From NCBI GenBank assembly GCA_965652415.1, contig CBFGVH010000003.1:4782-68781 (forward strand): a DNA stretch of 64,000 nucleotides, in the 5' to 3' direction. The position numbers and the translations under genes were made by a program. Below are positions 43,381 through 54,205 of the stretch, in pieces. This DNA is from an uncultured Gammaproteobacteria bacterium. Lineage in GTDB: Bacteria > Pseudomonadota > Gammaproteobacteria > Arenicellales > CAJQKF01. Position 1 is the stretch's first letter. Each line of letters opens with the position of its first letter. The notes under the pieces are model-generated. The model worked only from the letters and a program-made list of their open reading frames with translations, made no database searches and was not told the origin of the DNA.

Positions 43381-43958
43381 AAGTCGATCCCGGCGCGCGA
43401 GAGGAGCATCGCGGTTTCATAAAGGGGCAGGCCGACCACGTTGCTGTAGCTGCCTTCGATGCGGCGGATGAACACGGCGGCGCGGCCCTGGATGCCGTAG
43501 CCGCCAGCCTTGTCGAGGGATTCACCGCTTTCGCAGTAGCGTTCGATCTCGCGCGAGGTCAGCGCGCGGAACCAGACCTCGGTCTCGCCGAGGGCCTCGA
43601 AGCGGCGCGCGCCCTGTCGTACGACCACCGCAGTATAAACCCAATGCGAGCGGTTCGATAACCGGCCCAGCATGCGCATCGCGTCGGCATGATCCGACGG
43701 CTTGCCGAGTGCCTCGCCGTCGAGCACCACCTCGGTGTCGGCGGCGAGCACCGGCAGCGCCGGGCCGCCGCCGGCCGCGGCCTTGGCACGGGCGATCGCC
43801 AGCACCCGCTCGCGGGCCGTGTCACCACCGATCGCGGTCTCGTCGACGGGATGGGGCTCGCACCTGAACGGCACCCCGATCTGGCGCAAGAGCTCGGCGC
43901 GCCTGGGCGATGCCGAGGCGAGTACGACGACCGGCTCAGCGATGGTACGGCAGGCCAT
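43377..43958 (-). CDS. maf: Maf-family nucleoside-triphosphate pyrophosphatase
   Basis: 193 aa. VVLASASPRRAELL..ADTEVVLDG...GKP..KAGGYGIQG. Overlaps the rlmH 3' end by 23 nt; no alternative start is available. Confidence 0.9.
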   Translation of the reverse strand: MACRTIAEPVVVLASASPRRAELLRQIGVPFRCEPHPVDETAIGGDTARERVLAIARAKAAAGGGPALPVLAADTEVVLDGEALGKPSDHADAMRMLGRLSNRSHWVYTAVVVRQGARRFEALGETEVWFRALTSREIERYCESGESLDKAGGYGIQGRAAVFIRRIEGSYSNVVGLPLYETAMLLSRAGIDL

Positions 43959-44403
43959 GGTTGATGCTGAATGCGCGATAGATCTGCTCGGCGAGAATCA
44001 CCCGCACCAGCGGATGGGCGAAGGTCAGGTCGGACAGCGAAAGCCTGAGCGGGCAACGAGCCAGGCACGACGGCGACAGGCCCTCCGGACCGCCCACCAG
44101 GAAGGCGACGTCCTGTGCATCGTCGACCCAGCGTGCCAGCATGCTGGCCAGCGACTCGGTGTCGACCCGCTTGCCGGCGCGGTCGAGGGCGACAGGCAGC
44201 GCACCGGGTGGCACCCGCTCGAGCAGCGCCTCGCCCTCGGCCTCGACGATCCTGGCCAGATCGGCGTTCTTGCCGCGCCGCCCGGCGGCCACCTCCACCA
44301 ATTGCAGCGAGAGCGGCGGCGCGAGGCGGCGGCGGTACTCCTCGAAGCCCTCGCCGACCCAGCCGGGCATGCGCTGTCCCACCGCCACGACATGGATCTT
44401 CAC
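43936..44403 (-). CDS. rlmH: 23S rRNA (pseudouridine1915-N3)-methyltransferase
   Basis: 155 aa. MKIHVVAVGQRMPGWVGEGFEEY..FLVGGPEGLS..SLSDLTFAHPLVRVILAEQIYRA. Confidence 0.93.
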   Translation of the reverse strand: MKIHVVAVGQRMPGWVGEGFEEYRRRLAPPLSLQLVEVAAGRRGKNADLARIVEAEGEALLERVPPGALPVALDRAGKRVDTESLASMLARWVDDAQDVAFLVGGPEGLSPSCLARCPLRLSLSDLTFAHPLVRVILAEQIYRAFSINHGLPYHR

Positions 44404-44415
44404 CTGGACCCGGGC

Positions 44416-44805
44416 TTAATCGGAAGCCTCGCGGGCGCGGCGCAGCATGGCCTCGTTGAACCCGGACTGCCACAGGCCCTCGAGGTCGTAGTGGTCGCGC
44501 ACGGACTTCTGCATGACGTGGCAGACCACGTCGCCGAAGTCGAGCAGGATCCACTCGCCGCCGTCTTCGCCCTCGACGCCGCGGACCCTGGTGCCGCGCT
44601 CGCGCATCCCCTCGACGGTGTTGGCGGCCAGCGCCTTTACGTGCCGGTTCGACGTGCCGGTGGCGACCACCATGAAATCGGTCATGGTGGTCAGCTTGCT
44701 CACGTCCATGCGAACGATGTCGAGCGCCTTGCCGTCCTCGAGTTGTTCGACGATGGCGTCGCAGAGCCTGGCGGAATCGGCGATGGTTGGCGTCGTCTTA
44801 CTCAT
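44416..44805 (-). CDS. rsfS: Ribosome silencing factor
   Basis: Internal ATG at 44805, 129 aa. DFMVVATGTSNRHVKALA..WILLDFGDVVCHVMQ..R..YDLEGLW. Confidence 0.92.
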   Translation of the reverse strand: MSKTTPTIADSARLCDAIVEQLEDGKALDIVRMDVSKLTTMTDFMVVATGTSNRHVKALAANTVEGMRERGTRVRGVEGEDGGEWILLDFGDVVCHVMQKSVRDHYDLEGLWQSGFNEAMLRRAREASD

Positions 44806-45433
44806 ATAGATGATGCTCGCGGATGTAGGAAAGGACGGGCGGCGGCAGCATGTCTTCCACGCGCCCGTGGCCGGCAAGGGCCCGACGAAGCGCCGTCGCG
44901 GAAATATCGCAGGGAGGCATGCCCACCGCGATGACGCGGCCGGGCGGCGCCAGCGCATCGACCGCCGTCGCCGGCGTCTCGCCGGCAAGCCAGTCGGGCA
45001 GCCGGCCGGGATCGTCGAAGCCGGGACGGTTGACCACGGCGATGTCGGCCAGGGCACGCAGATCCTCGAAACGGTGCCATTTCGGCAGGCTGTCGAAGGC
45101 GTCGCGGCCGACGATGAGCACCAGCCGACTGCCGGGCCACTCCGCGTGGATCGACTCCAGGGTCAGCACGGTGTAGGAGGTGCCGGCGCGCTCGAGTTCG
45201 CGGCCGTCGATCACCACCTTCGGCCTTCCCTCGAGGGCCAGCTCGACCATCCGCAGGCGGTGCTCCGGCGCCGCCGACGGCTGCGCCTTCAGCGGCGGCA
45301 CGGCGGCCGGTACCACGTGGATCACGTCGATCGACAACCGCGCCAGCACCGCGTCGACGAGCGCCAGGTGACCGTTGTGAACGGGATCGAAGGTGCCCCC
45401 GAAAACCCCGATGATGCGACCGCCGCCGGTGAT
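44798..45433 (-). CDS. nadD: Nicotinate-nucleotide adenylyltransferase; proposed non-canonical ATC start
   Basis: The same frame as ORF 44798..45349 continues upstream through GVFGGTFDPVHNGH (the essential HxGH motif) to a TGA at 45458. No ATG, GTG, TTG or CTG lies before the motif. The ATC at 45433 is 7 nt downstream of GAGG. This gives 211 aa. Confidence 0.75.
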   Translation of the reverse strand: MTGGGRIIGVFGGTFDPVHNGHLALVDAVLARLSIDVIHVVPAAVPPLKAQPSAAPEHRLRMVELALEGRPKVVIDGRELERAGTSYTVLTLESIHAEWPGSRLVLIVGRDAFDSLPKWHRFEDLRALADIAVVNRPGFDDPGRLPDWLAGETPATAVDALAPPGRVIAVGMPPCDISATALRRALAGHGRVEDMLPPPVLSYIREHHLYE

Positions 45434-45457
45434 GACCGAACCTCGTGTCTCGCGGGT

Positions 45458-46738
45458 TCAGGGACGAATGGTGCCGTCGCCGAACACCACGTACTTTTGC
45501 GTGGTGAGGCCCTCGAGACCGACCGGGCCGCGCACGTGCAGCTTGTTGGTGCTGATACCGATCTCGGCGCCGAGGCCGTATTCGAAGCCGTCGGCGAACT
45601 GGGTCGAGGCGTTGACCATGACCGAGCTCGAGTCCACCTCGGCGAGGAAGCGATCGGCGCGGCTGACGTTCTCGGTGACGATGGCGTCGGTGTGGCCCGA
45701 ACCGTAGGTGGCGATGTGCTCAATGGCGGCGTCGAGCCCGTCGACCACCCGGATCGACAGTATGGGCGCGAGGTACTCCGTAACCCAGTCCTCGTCGGTT
45801 GCCGCGTTCATGCCGGGTGAAAGTTCCCGGGTGCGCTCGCAGCCGCGCAACTCGACACCGGCGTCCGTGTAGCGCCGCACCAGCTCGGGCAGGACCGCGG
45901 GGGCCATGGCTTCGGCGATGAGCAGGGTCTCCATGGCCCCGCAGATGCCGTAGCGACGGGTCTTGGCGTTGACCGCGACGCGAACGGCCTTGTCGACGTC
46001 GGCGTCGTCGTCGATGTAGACGTGGCAGATGCCGTCGAGGTGCTTGATCACGGGCACGGTGGCGTCGCGGCTGATGCGCTCGATCAAGCCCTTGCCGCCG
46101 CGCGGCACGATGACGTCGACGAACTCGTCCATGGTCACCAGCGCGCCGACCGCGGCGCGGTCGGTGGTGTCGATGACCTGCACGGCCTCGGCCGGCAGCG
46201 ATGCCGCGGCCAGCCCTTCGGCGATGCAGGCGGCGATGGCAAGGTTCGAGTTGATGGCCTCGGAGCCGCCGCGCAGGATCACCGCGTTGCCGGATTTCAG
46301 GCACAGCCCTGCAGCGTCGGCGGTGACGTTGGGCCGCGACTCGTAGATGATGGCGATGACGCCGATGGGCACCCGCATGCGGCCGACCCGGATGCCCGAG
46401 GGGCGGCGGCGCAGGTCGGTGATCTCGCCGACCGGGTCGGGCAGCGCGGCGATCTGGCGCAGTCCCTCGGCCATGGCGGCAATGCGCGACGGCGTCAGTT
46501 CCAGGCGATCCATCAGCGCCGGCGACAGCGATTTCTGGCGCCCGCCCTCGAGGTCGAGTCGGTTGGCGCGCTGGATCGACTCGACCCGGGCCTCGATGGC
46601 GTTGGCGGTCGCCTCGAGGGCGCGATTGCGGCTCGCGGTGTCGCTGGCCGCGAGCGCGCGCGATGCCCGCCGCGCCTGCCGGCCAATCTCGGCCACGCGA
46701 GCGGCGACGTCGCCGGTCGTTGCGGTGGTAGCGGTCAT
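45458..46738 (-). CDS. proA: Gamma-glutamyl phosphate reductase
   Basis: 426 aa. [41 protein letters not shown]. Confidence 0.94.
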   Translation of the reverse strand: MTATTATTGDVAARVAEIGRQARRASRALAASDTASRNRALEATANAIEARVESIQRANRLDLEGGRQKSLSPALMDRLELTPSRIAAMAEGLRQIAALPDPVGEITDLRRRPSGIRVGRMRVPIGVIAIIYESRPNVTADAAGLCLKSGNAVILRGGSEAINSNLAIAACIAEGLAAASLPAEAVQVIDTTDRAAVGALVTMDEFVDVIVPRGGKGLIERISRDATVPVIKHLDGICHVYIDDDADVDKAVRVAVNAKTRRYGICGAMETLLIAEAMAPAVLPELVRRYTDAGVELRGCERTRELSPGMNAATDEDWVTEYLAPILSIRVVDGLDAAIEHIATYGSGHTDAIVTENVSRADRFLAEVDSSSVMVNASTQFADGFEYGLGAEIGISTNKLHVRGPVGLEGLTTQKYVVFGDGTIRP

Positions 46739-46757
46739 CAGGCTGGATAGGACGGTT

Positions 46758-47792
46758 TCACTGGACGGATTTTATACCACACAGCGCCAGCGCCACCCGC
46801 TCGATTTCGACCCATGGATCGTCGGGCCCGTCGGCATGGCGTTCCTGGCCCTTCACTCGCCGGTCGAGGTACGCCACCCGCCGGTGCACGGCGCCGAGAC
46901 GGGACAATCCGAGCCGCTTCAGGGCGGACATCACAATCGGCACCCGGCTCGACCAGATGCGCTGCGAATTCATCACCTCGGCGCGCGGCCGGCCGGCCTT
47001 GAGCGCGGCGCCGACCAGGCCGAGGGTGCGGACCTCGCGGGCCAGCGCCCACACCAGCACCACCGGCTCGGCGCCGCCGGCGCGCAGGCTGCGCAGGATG
47101 CGCACCGCCCGGGCGCCCTGCCCGGCCACACAGGCGTCCACCAGGGCGAACACGGTGAAGCGGGCGTGATCGGCCATCACCTCCTCGAGCCGCTTCTCGT
47201 CCAGGGTGCCGCCGGGGGGAACCATCAGCGCCAACTTGCGGACTTCCTGGTCGGCCGCGAGCAGGTTGCCCTCGACGAAGTAGGCGAGCCGCGCCGCCGC
47301 ATCGTCGGTACAGGCCACATCGAGATCGGCGAATCGCTGCCTGATCCAGCGCGGCAGCGCCGCGGCGCTCACGGTGCCGGTATCCACCACCACCGCGTCG
47401 CGGACGAGCGCCTTGTACCAACTCTTGCCGAGGCTCTTCTTGTCGAGTCTGCCGCACAGGACGACCAGCGCGGTATCGTCGCCGGGCGACGCAAGGAAGT
47501 CGTTGATGAACTCCTCGCCCTTCTCCCCCGGACTGTCACCGGCCAGGCGCAGTTCGATGGTGCGGCGCTCGGGGAACAGGGACAGCGAGCGCGACGAGCG
47601 GGTGAGCGCGGAGAAGTCGAACCCGGCCTCGGCGGTATAGCGGCTGACGTCGCCGTAGCCGCGCGCCGCGAGATGGGCCCGAATCGCCCCGCGGGCCTCG
47701 TCGACCAGCAGGGTCTCGGCACCGTGAACGAAGAAGCAGCGCGTGGTCGTGCCGTCCAGTGCCGATTTCAGCCGGGCGGCGGGTACCTCCAT
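46758..47792 (-). CDS. holA: DNA polymerase III delta subunit
   Basis: 344 aa. Position in leuS-lptE-holA; [15 protein letters not shown] and the typical delta length. Confidence 0.85.
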   Translation of the reverse strand: MEVPAARLKSALDGTTTRCFFVHGAETLLVDEARGAIRAHLAARGYGDVSRYTAEAGFDFSALTRSSRSLSLFPERRTIELRLAGDSPGEKGEEFINDFLASPGDDTALVVLCGRLDKKSLGKSWYKALVRDAVVVDTGTVSAAALPRWIRQRFADLDVACTDDAAARLAYFVEGNLLAADQEVRKLALMVPPGGTLDEKRLEEVMADHARFTVFALVDACVAGQGARAVRILRSLRAGGAEPVVLVWALAREVRTLGLVGAALKAGRPRAEVMNSQRIWSSRVPIVMSALKRLGLSRLGAVHRRVAYLDRRVKGQERHADGPDDPWVEIERVALALCGIKSVQ

Positions 47793-47832
47793 GAAATCTG
47801 AATCGCGGGGGCCGCAGCCGGGGCGGCCCGGG

Positions 47833-48315
47833 CTAGCGGATGGAACTCAGCTGGCGCATCATGCGCTGAACGATCTGCGAGCGCATCTCCTCGATCAGGA
47901 ACTCCTCCTCGCTTTCCTTCTGCAGCACCTGGGTGGAGTCGAAATCGAACGGGCGCTTGAGCGTGATGACCGGACTGCGGTAGATCTGCTGCCCCTCGGG
48001 GGTCACCACCGCGAAGCGCGCGTCGTAACGCAGCTCGTAACCGGTGGCAAGGCCCCGGGCGTCGAGCGTTCGCACCTCGCGCTCGTAGCGAGAATCGAGC
48101 AGGATCGCCGAAGTACCCGCGTCAGCCGATTGGACGATCTGCGCACCGCTGAATTCCAGCGAATCCTTAAGCTCCGACACGAGGTCCGGGTCGCGACCCT
48201 CGACGTACACGCTCTCCAGCACCGGCGCCAGCTCGACCTTGCCGCGCAGCTTGAACCCGCAGCCCTGAAGCAGCAGCGCCACGCTCACGAGAATCAACAA
48301 GGCCGGTTTTCGCAT
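47833..48315 (-). CDS. lptE: LPS-assembly lipoprotein LptE
   Basis: 160 aa. Lipobox LLLQGCGFKLRG. Conserved position between leuS and holA. Confidence 0.88.
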   Translation of the reverse strand: MRKPALLILVSVALLLQGCGFKLRGKVELAPVLESVYVEGRDPDLVSELKDSLEFSGAQIVQSADAGTSAILLDSRYEREVRTLDARGLATGYELRYDARFAVVTPEGQQIYRSPVITLKRPFDFDSTQVLQKESEEEFLIEEMRSQIVQRMMRQLSSIR

Positions 48316-48385
48316 GGAGTCACCTGATGGGTCCGTCGAAAGTGTGTCCCGGCCATAGCCGGGCGCGTTGCTTTCGCATTATACG

Positions 48386-48677
48386 GAATTCTGCCCGCCG
48401 GGCGTACGACGCCAGTAAAGAATCGCCGGCAGGCCGGCTCCTACAGTGCCAACACGCGGCTCCACGGCGAGGCGAAGCCGCGGTGCAGGAGCCTGCCTGC
48501 AGGCGATTGAAGCGGCGGGCACGCGCGGCGCCCGAAAGAATCGCCGGCAGGCCGGCTCCTACAGTGCCGCCGCCCAATCCTCGCGGCAGATCGAAGCCGC
48601 GGTGTAGGAGCCCGCCTGCAGGCGATGGCATCACGCGCACGGCGCCAGGAGAATTCGCCGGCCTCACAGGCGATCGC
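48386..48677. repeat. REP cluster in the leuS-lptE spacer: 48417-48450 rev, 48483-48509 fwd, 48535-48568 rev, 48602-48628 fwd, plus degenerate copies at about 48386 and 48649
   Basis: The 34-nt string AAAGAATCGCCGGCAGGCCGGCTCCTACAGTGCC is identical at 48417 and 48535 (period 118 bp). The forward units read GTG(C/T)AGGAGCC(T/C)GCCTGCAGGCGAT. Confidence 0.85.
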
Positions 48678-48706
48678 GCCTCCGCGGTGCCCCGGTCGGC
48701 CCGCCC

Positions 48707-51343
48707 TCAAACCACCACGTTCACCAGCCGGCCCGGCACGACGATGCTCTTGCGCGGTGTGCGGCCGCCGACGTGGCGGGCCACCGACTCGTCGGCCAGG
48801 GCGGCGGCGATGATATCGTCGCGCGAGGCCCCCGCGTCGACCTCGATCTCGGCGCGGCGCTTGCCGTTGACCTGCACCACCAGGCTGATCCGGTCGGTGG
48901 CGAGCGCCCCGGCGTCGACCGCGGGCCACGGGGCGTCCAGCAGGACACCGGGGGCGCCCAGCACCTGCCAGGCGGCGTGGGTGACGTGGGGTGCGATCGG
49001 CGCCATGACCCGGGTCAGCACGGACACGGCCTCGGCCAGCACCGCGGCCCGCTCTTCGTGGTCTTCGCGGGTATCGTCCAGCGCCTCGCGACCGTCGAAG
49101 CGTTCCAGCGCGTTGACCAGTTCCATGCACGCGGCAACCACCGTGTTGAACTGGAACTTGCCGTAGTCGCGGTTCACCCGGTCCAGCGACTGGTGCAGCG
49201 TGCTGCGCAGCGTGCGGCACTCGTCGCTCTTCGCCGCGCGCGCGGCCGCATGTCCGGGGTCGGCGGCGAAAACCGCGGAAAGCACCGGTGCATGCCGCTG
49301 GACGAGTTCGTGATAACGCCTCAGGAAGCGGTGCGAACCGGCCACCGCGTTGTCGTTCCACTCCAGCGACTGCTCCGGCGGCGCCGCGAACATCATGAAC
49401 AACCGCACTGTGTCGGCGCCGTAGCGCGCGATCATTGCCTCTGGGTCGACGCCGTTGCGCTTGGACTTGGACATGCTCTCCATGCGGCCGACCTCGACCG
49501 GCCTGCCGTCGGCCCTGAGCACGGCGCCGGCCACGCGTCCGGCCTCGTCGCGCTCGATGTCCACCTCGTCGGGCGCGTAGTAGACCTTCTTGCCCGCGTC
49601 GCCTTCGCGATAGTACGTCTCGGCCAGCACCATGCCCTGGGTGAGCAGGTTGGTGAACGGCTCGTCGCTGGCGAGCAGGCCCTCGTCGCGCATGAGCTTG
49701 TGGAAGAAGCGCGCGTACAACAGGTGCAGGATGGCGTGCTCGATGCCGCCGATGTACTGGTCGACCGGCAACCAGTAGTCGGCGCGCTCGTCGAGCATGG
49801 CACCGTCGTTGTCCGGGCAGGCGAAGCGGGCGTAGTACCAGGACGACTCGACGAAGGTGTCGAAGGTGTCGGTGTCGCGCCTCGCCGGGGCGCCGGTCTC
49901 GGGGTCGACGGTGTCGACGAATGCGGCGATCTCCTTCAGCGGCGAGCCGCCGCCGTGCACGGCGACGTCCTCGGGCAGCACCACCGGCAGATCCTCTTCG
50001 GGTACCGGCACCGGGTCGGCGCCCTCGCGCTCGATCATCGGCACCGGGCAGCCCCAGTAGCGCTGCCGCGACACGCCCCAGTCGCGCAGCCGGTAGTTGA
50101 CACGGCGGGTGCCGAAACCGCCGGCCTCGGCATGATCGGCGATACGGTCGAACGCCTCGGTGAAGCCGAGCCCGGAAAACGGCCCAGAGTTCACCGTGAC
50201 GATGTCGTCCTTCGAGGTCCACGCGGCGGCGGCGATGTCCACCTTCGAGCCGTCGGCCGGTGCGATCACCTGGCGGATCGGCAGGCCGTAGCGGGTCGCG
50301 AAGGCGTGGTCGCGCTCGTCGTGGGCCGGCACCGCCATGATGGCGCCGGTGCCGTAGCCCATGAGCACGAAGTTGGCCACCCACACGCCGATCCGCTCGC
50401 CGTTGAACGGGTTCACCGCGTCGATGCCGAGCGGTACGCCGTTTTTCTCGACGGTCTCGACGTCCGCCTCGCGCAACCCGCCCTGGCGGCACTCCTCGAC
50501 GAAGGCGGCCACCTTCGGGTCGGCCGCCGCGCGGCGCTCGGCCAGCGGGTGATCGGCGGCCACCGCCATGAACGTGGCCCCGTAGATGGTGTCCGGGCGG
50601 GTGGTGTAGATCACCAGCGGCTCGCCGCCGTCGGCGAGGGGGAACTCCACCTCGAGACCCTCGGAGCGGCCGATCCAGTTGCGCTGCATGGTCTTGACCG
50701 ACTCCGGCCAGCCGGGCAGGTCGTCGAGCGAGGCCAACAGCTCCTCGGCGTAGTCGGTGATGCGCAGGAACCAGTGCGGGATGCGGCGCCGCTCGACCAG
50801 GGCGCCGGAGCGCCAGCCGCGCCCGTCGATGACCTGCTCGTTGGCGAGCACGGTCTGCTCGACCGGGTCCCAGTTGACCTCGGCCATGGCCTTGTAGGCG
50901 ATGCCCTTCTCGTACAGCCGGGTGAACAGCCACTGCTCCCAGCGATAGTAGTCGGGGCTGCAGGTCGCCAGTTCACGGCTCCAGTCGTAGCCGAAGCCGA
51001 GCCGCTTGAGCTGGCCCTTCATGTACTCGATGTTCTGCCAGGTCCACTTCGCCGGCGGCACGTTGTTGGCGATGGCGGCGTTCTCCGCCGGCAGGCCGAA
51101 GGCGTCCCAGCCCATCGGCTGCAGGACGTTCCTGCCCTGCATGCGCTGGTAGCGCGAGATCACATCGCCGATGGTGTAATTGCGCACGTGGCCCATGTGC
51201 AGCCTGCCCGAAGGGTAGGGAAACATGCACAGGCAGTAGTACTTCTCCCGGGTCGGGTCCTCGATCACCCGGAAGCTGCCCTCCACCTCCCAGTACTTTT
51301 GGGCGCTGCGTTCTATTTCCCCGGGATCGTAGGCGGATACCAC
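48707..51343 (-). CDS. leuS: Leucine-tRNA ligase
   Basis: The GTG at 51343 (GGAG 9 nt upstream) gives (M)[42 protein letters not shown], which aligns residue for residue with the E. coli LeuS N-terminus. The ATG at 51397 would add 18 non-conserved residues. KMSKS motif present (SMSKSKRN). Confidence 0.93.
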   Translation of the reverse strand: MVSAYDPGEIERSAQKYWEVEGSFRVIEDPTREKYYCLCMFPYPSGRLHMGHVRNYTIGDVISRYQRMQGRNVLQPMGWDAFGLPAENAAIANNVPPAKWTWQNIEYMKGQLKRLGFGYDWSRELATCSPDYYRWEQWLFTRLYEKGIAYKAMAEVNWDPVEQTVLANEQVIDGRGWRSGALVERRRIPHWFLRITDYAEELLASLDDLPGWPESVKTMQRNWIGRSEGLEVEFPLADGGEPLVIYTTRPDTIYGATFMAVAADHPLAERRAAADPKVAAFVEECRQGGLREADVETVEKNGVPLGIDAVNPFNGERIGVWVANFVLMGYGTGAIMAVPAHDERDHAFATRYGLPIRQVIAPADGSKVDIAAAAWTSKDDIVTVNSGPFSGLGFTEAFDRIADHAEAGGFGTRRVNYRLRDWGVSRQRYWGCPVPMIEREGADPVPVPEEDLPVVLPEDVAVHGGGSPLKEIAAFVDTVDPETGAPARRDTDTFDTFVESSWYYARFACPDNDGAMLDERADYWLPVDQYIGGIEHAILHLLYARFFHKLMRDEGLLASDEPFTNLLTQGMVLAETYYREGDAGKKVYYAPDEVDIERDEAGRVAGAVLRADGRPVEVGRMESMSKSKRNGVDPEAMIARYGADTVRLFMMFAAPPEQSLEWNDNAVAGSHRFLRRYHELVQRHAPVLSAVFAADPGHAAARAAKSDECRTLRSTLHQSLDRVNRDYGKFQFNTVVAACMELVNALERFDGREALDDTREDHEERAAVLAEAVSVLTRVMAPIAPHVTHAAWQVLGAPGVLLDAPWPAVDAGALATDRISLVVQVNGKRRAEIEVDAGASRDDIIAAALADESVARHVGGRTPRKSIVVPGRLVNVVV

Positions 51344-51386
51344 GTCGATGAACTCCAGTTTTCGGTCGTGTTGAGGCGGCGGGCAA

Positions 51387-51668
51387 TCAGCCGGCATCGG
51401 GAAACGGCGAGAAGGGAAACGGCTTTCGCTCCTCGTTGAAGGTGACGAAGTCGAGAACCTGGCGCGCGTAGCGGTTCAGCGCCGAGGAGAAATCGATCAG
51501 CCGGCCGTTCGGCGCTCCGTTGACCAGCACCAGCACGAACTGGGCGATGGCGACCAGGGCGACGACCACGGAGAGTGCCCAGAAAAGGAGCAGGTAGAAC
51601 AGGAACATCCACAGAAGCCGCAGGGCGAGTCCCGATCGGGGATCGTCGACGACGGGATCGTATGGCAT
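51387..51668 (-). CDS. DUF4389-like small membrane protein
   Basis: 93 aa. Two hydrophobic helices ([34 protein letters not shown]) and the tail [14 protein letters not shown]. Confidence 0.65.
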   Translation of the reverse strand: MPYDPVVDDPRSGLALRLLWMFLFYLLLFWALSVVVALVAIAQFVLVLVNGAPNGRLIDFSSALNRYARQVLDFVTFNEERKPFPFSPFPDAG

Positions 51669-51742
51669 GGCGCACTCCGCGAGGGAAAAGCGCGTATTCT
51701 ACCGAAACCCTCCGCCGCGGGGGGACGGTCCCGACCGGGAGC

Positions 51743-52651
51743 CTAGGCGGTGACCGGGCGGGTGAAGATGATGGGCGCGTCCTCGGCGTCGTCGAAGGTG
51801 ACGAGGTCCCAGGCCTCGCTGTCCGCGACGATGGCGCGCAGCAGCCGATTGTTGAGGGCGTGGCCCGACTTGTGAGCGGAAAAGGCGCCGATCAGCGGAT
51901 GCCCGAGCAGGTAGAGGTCGCCGATGGCGTCGAGCACCTTGTGCTTGACGAACTCGTCCTCGTAGCGCAGTCCGTCCTCGTTGAGGATGTGGAACTGGTC
52001 CATGACGATGGCGTTGTCGAGGCTGCCGCCGCGGGCCAACCCCGCTTCGCGCAGGTTTTCGAGGTCCTGCAGAAAGCCGAAGGTGCGCGCGCGGCTGACT
52101 TCCTTGACGAACGACGTGGTGGAGAAGTCGACGCAGGCGACCTGGCTCGAGGACTGGAAGATCGGATGGTTGAAATCGATGGTGAACGAAACCTTGAAGC
52201 CGTTGAACGGCTCGAAGCGCACCCACTTGTCGTCCTCGGCGAGCTCGACGGTCCTTTTCACCCGCATGAATCGCTTGGGCCGCGACTGCTCCTCGATCCC
52301 GGCCGACTGCAGCAGGAACACGAAGGGTCCCGCCGAGCCGTCCATGATCGGCACCTCGGGGGCGGTGAGGTCGACGATGGCGTTGTCGATGCCGATGCCG
52401 GCGAAGGCCGACATCAAGTGCTCGACGGTGGAAATCCTGACTCCGTCCTTCTCGATGGTGGTGGACATGCGGGTGTCGCCCACGTACTCGGGCTTGGCCG
52501 GCACCTCGATCACGGGGTCGAGATCCGTGCGGCGAAAGACGATGCCCGAATCGACGGGCGCCGGCCGCAGGGTCAGGTAGACTTTTTCGCCTGTGTGCAG
52601 ACCCACCCCGGTCGCACGAATGACATTCTTGAGGGTTCTCTGCCTGATCAT
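51743..52651 (-). CDS. lpxC: UDP-3-O-acyl-N-acetylglucosamine deacetylase
   Basis: Internal ATG at 52651, 302 aa. [53 protein letters not shown]. Confidence 0.95.
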   Translation of the reverse strand: MIRQRTLKNVIRATGVGLHTGEKVYLTLRPAPVDSGIVFRRTDLDPVIEVPAKPEYVGDTRMSTTIEKDGVRISTVEHLMSAFAGIGIDNAIVDLTAPEVPIMDGSAGPFVFLLQSAGIEEQSRPKRFMRVKRTVELAEDDKWVRFEPFNGFKVSFTIDFNHPIFQSSSQVACVDFSTTSFVKEVSRARTFGFLQDLENLREAGLARGGSLDNAIVMDQFHILNEDGLRYEDEFVKHKVLDAIGDLYLLGHPLIGAFSAHKSGHALNNRLLRAIVADSEAWDLVTFDDAEDAPIIFTRPVTA

Positions 52652-52926
52652 CGATTGGACTTGGTTGGGAGGGTCAATTCCTCGGTTTTTGTAATATTTT
52701 TTGTCATGCGCACCTGTTTTCCCGGGGTTCGCCTCCCCCGACGGCACCGGACTGTACACCAGATTGTCATGCTTGTGTACCATTGCCGCCGTTTTTCAGG
52801 CCTTCAAGGCCCGGATCGACGCCATTTTCGGCAAAGACCGCCACTTTGTGCGTGGCGGCGCCCTCAGGGCGCCGCGCCGGAACACCGCCGATGGCAGCGG
52901 ATGCGGCGTTCCGGCGCCTGCCGCCA

Positions 52927-54087
52927 TCAGTCCGCCTGCCGCCGCAGGAAGGCGGGGATGTCGAGGTAGTCCATGTCCGACGAGTTGTCGGCGGCCAGCG
53001 CCGCGGCCGCCGCCGTTGCCGCGCCGCGCCTGGGACGCATCACTGCCGGCTGCTCGCGAAAATCCCCCGCCTCGGCCTCTGCCCTCTGGGAATGCACGAC
53101 CTTGGGGCGCACCGGCTTGCGGGCACTGGCCGCCTCGCCTATGCCGGTGGCGACCATGGTGACGCGCAGCTCGCCCTGCATCTCGGGGTCGAGCACCGTG
53201 CCGATGACCACCGTGGCGTCCTCGGACGCGTACTCGCTGACGATGTCGCCGACCTCGGAGAACTCGCCGATGGACATGTCCATGCCGGCGGTGACGTTGA
53301 CGAGAATGCCCTTGGCGCCGTGGATGTCGATGTCCTCCAGAAGCGGGCTCGAGACCGCCGCCCGCGCCGCTTCCTGGGCGCGATCGTCGCCGGCCGCGGT
53401 CGCCGATCCCATCATCGCCACGCCCATCTCTGACATGACCGTGCGCACATCGGCGAAGTCGACGTTGATCAGGCCCGGCCGGGTGATCAGCTCGGCGATG
53501 CCCTGCACGGCGTTCAGCAGCACCTCGTTGGCGCGTGCGAAGGCGTCGAGCAGGGTCGCCTGCTTGCCCATCACGTGCAGCACCTTCTCGTTGGGGATGG
53601 TGATCAGCGAGTCGACGTACTGGCGCAGCTCGGCGATGCCCTGCTCGGCCGCCTCGATGCGCTTGCGGCCCTCGAACGGAAACGGCTTGGTCACCACGGC
53701 GACGGTGAGGATGCCGCGCTCGCGTGCCAGCTCCGCGACCACCGGCGCGGCGCCGGTGCCGGTGCCGCCGCCCATGCCGGAGGTGAGGAAGATCATGTCG
53801 GCGCCTTCCAGGATGTCGGCGATGCGGTCGCGGTCCTCGATCGCCGCCTGGCGGCCGATATCGGGATTTGCGCCGGCGCCGAGCCCCTTGGTCAGGGCCT
53901 CGCCAAGCTGCAGCAGCCGCGGCACGCCGGAGCGCTGAAGCGCCTGGGCGTCGGTGTTGGCGTTGATGAACTCGACGCCCTCGAGGTTGGCCGAGAGCAT
54001 GTGGTCGACCGCGTTGCCGCCGCCGCCGCCGATGCCGATGACCTTGATGACCGCCTGCTGTCCTACGGTTTCTACCAGTTCAAACAT
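52927..54087 (-). CDS. ftsZ: Cell division protein FtsZ
   Basis: 386 aa. GIGGGGGNAV, GMGGGTGTGAAP, and the C-terminal peptide DYLDIPAFLRRQAD. Confidence 0.97.
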   Translation of the reverse strand: MFELVETVGQQAVIKVIGIGGGGGNAVDHMLSANLEGVEFINANTDAQALQRSGVPRLLQLGEALTKGLGAGANPDIGRQAAIEDRDRIADILEGADMIFLTSGMGGGTGTGAAPVVAELARERGILTVAVVTKPFPFEGRKRIEAAEQGIAELRQYVDSLITIPNEKVLHVMGKQATLLDAFARANEVLLNAVQGIAELITRPGLINVDFADVRTVMSEMGVAMMGSATAAGDDRAQEAARAAVSSPLLEDIDIHGAKGILVNVTAGMDMSIGEFSEVGDIVSEYASEDATVVIGTVLDPEMQGELRVTMVATGIGEAASARKPVRPKVVHSQRAEAEAGDFREQPAVMRPRRGAATAAAAALAADNSSDMDYLDIPAFLRRQAD

Positions 54088-54205
54088 GTCAGTATCTCCG
54101 CTGCCTTGTGAATGTGTGTGTCGGCGACGTTCGGGTCGCCGTCGAGCCTCGCGGCTCCGCCTTTCCTTCCACGCCTTCGCCGTTTGTCATCTCTTGTGTC
54201 CATGA

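Noticed and set aside
44798-45349. nadD as a 5'-truncated pseudogene (183-aa ORF lacking the HxGH motif)
   Set aside because: The reading frame stays open and perfectly conserved through the motif up to the proA stop, and it has a good SD-like GAGG. An intact gene with a non-canonical start, or a single base-call error, is more likely than decay.
48386-48677. Regularly spaced 26-34 nt repeats that might be taken for a small CRISPR array (also at 16633-16880)
   Set aside because: The units alternate in orientation, are internally palindromic and end in the REP-like CTACAG. The repeat period is about 115 bp with uneven gaps between units, there are only 4-5 units, and no cas genes or leader are present. 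This is REP/BIME architecture, not CRISPR.
51344-51397. ATG at 51397 as the leuS start (896-aa ORF)
   Set aside because: It would add 18 non-conserved residues and overlap the DUF4389 gene by 11 nt. The GTG at 51343 has a GGAG 9 nt upstream and aligns exactly with the E. coli LeuS N-terminus.
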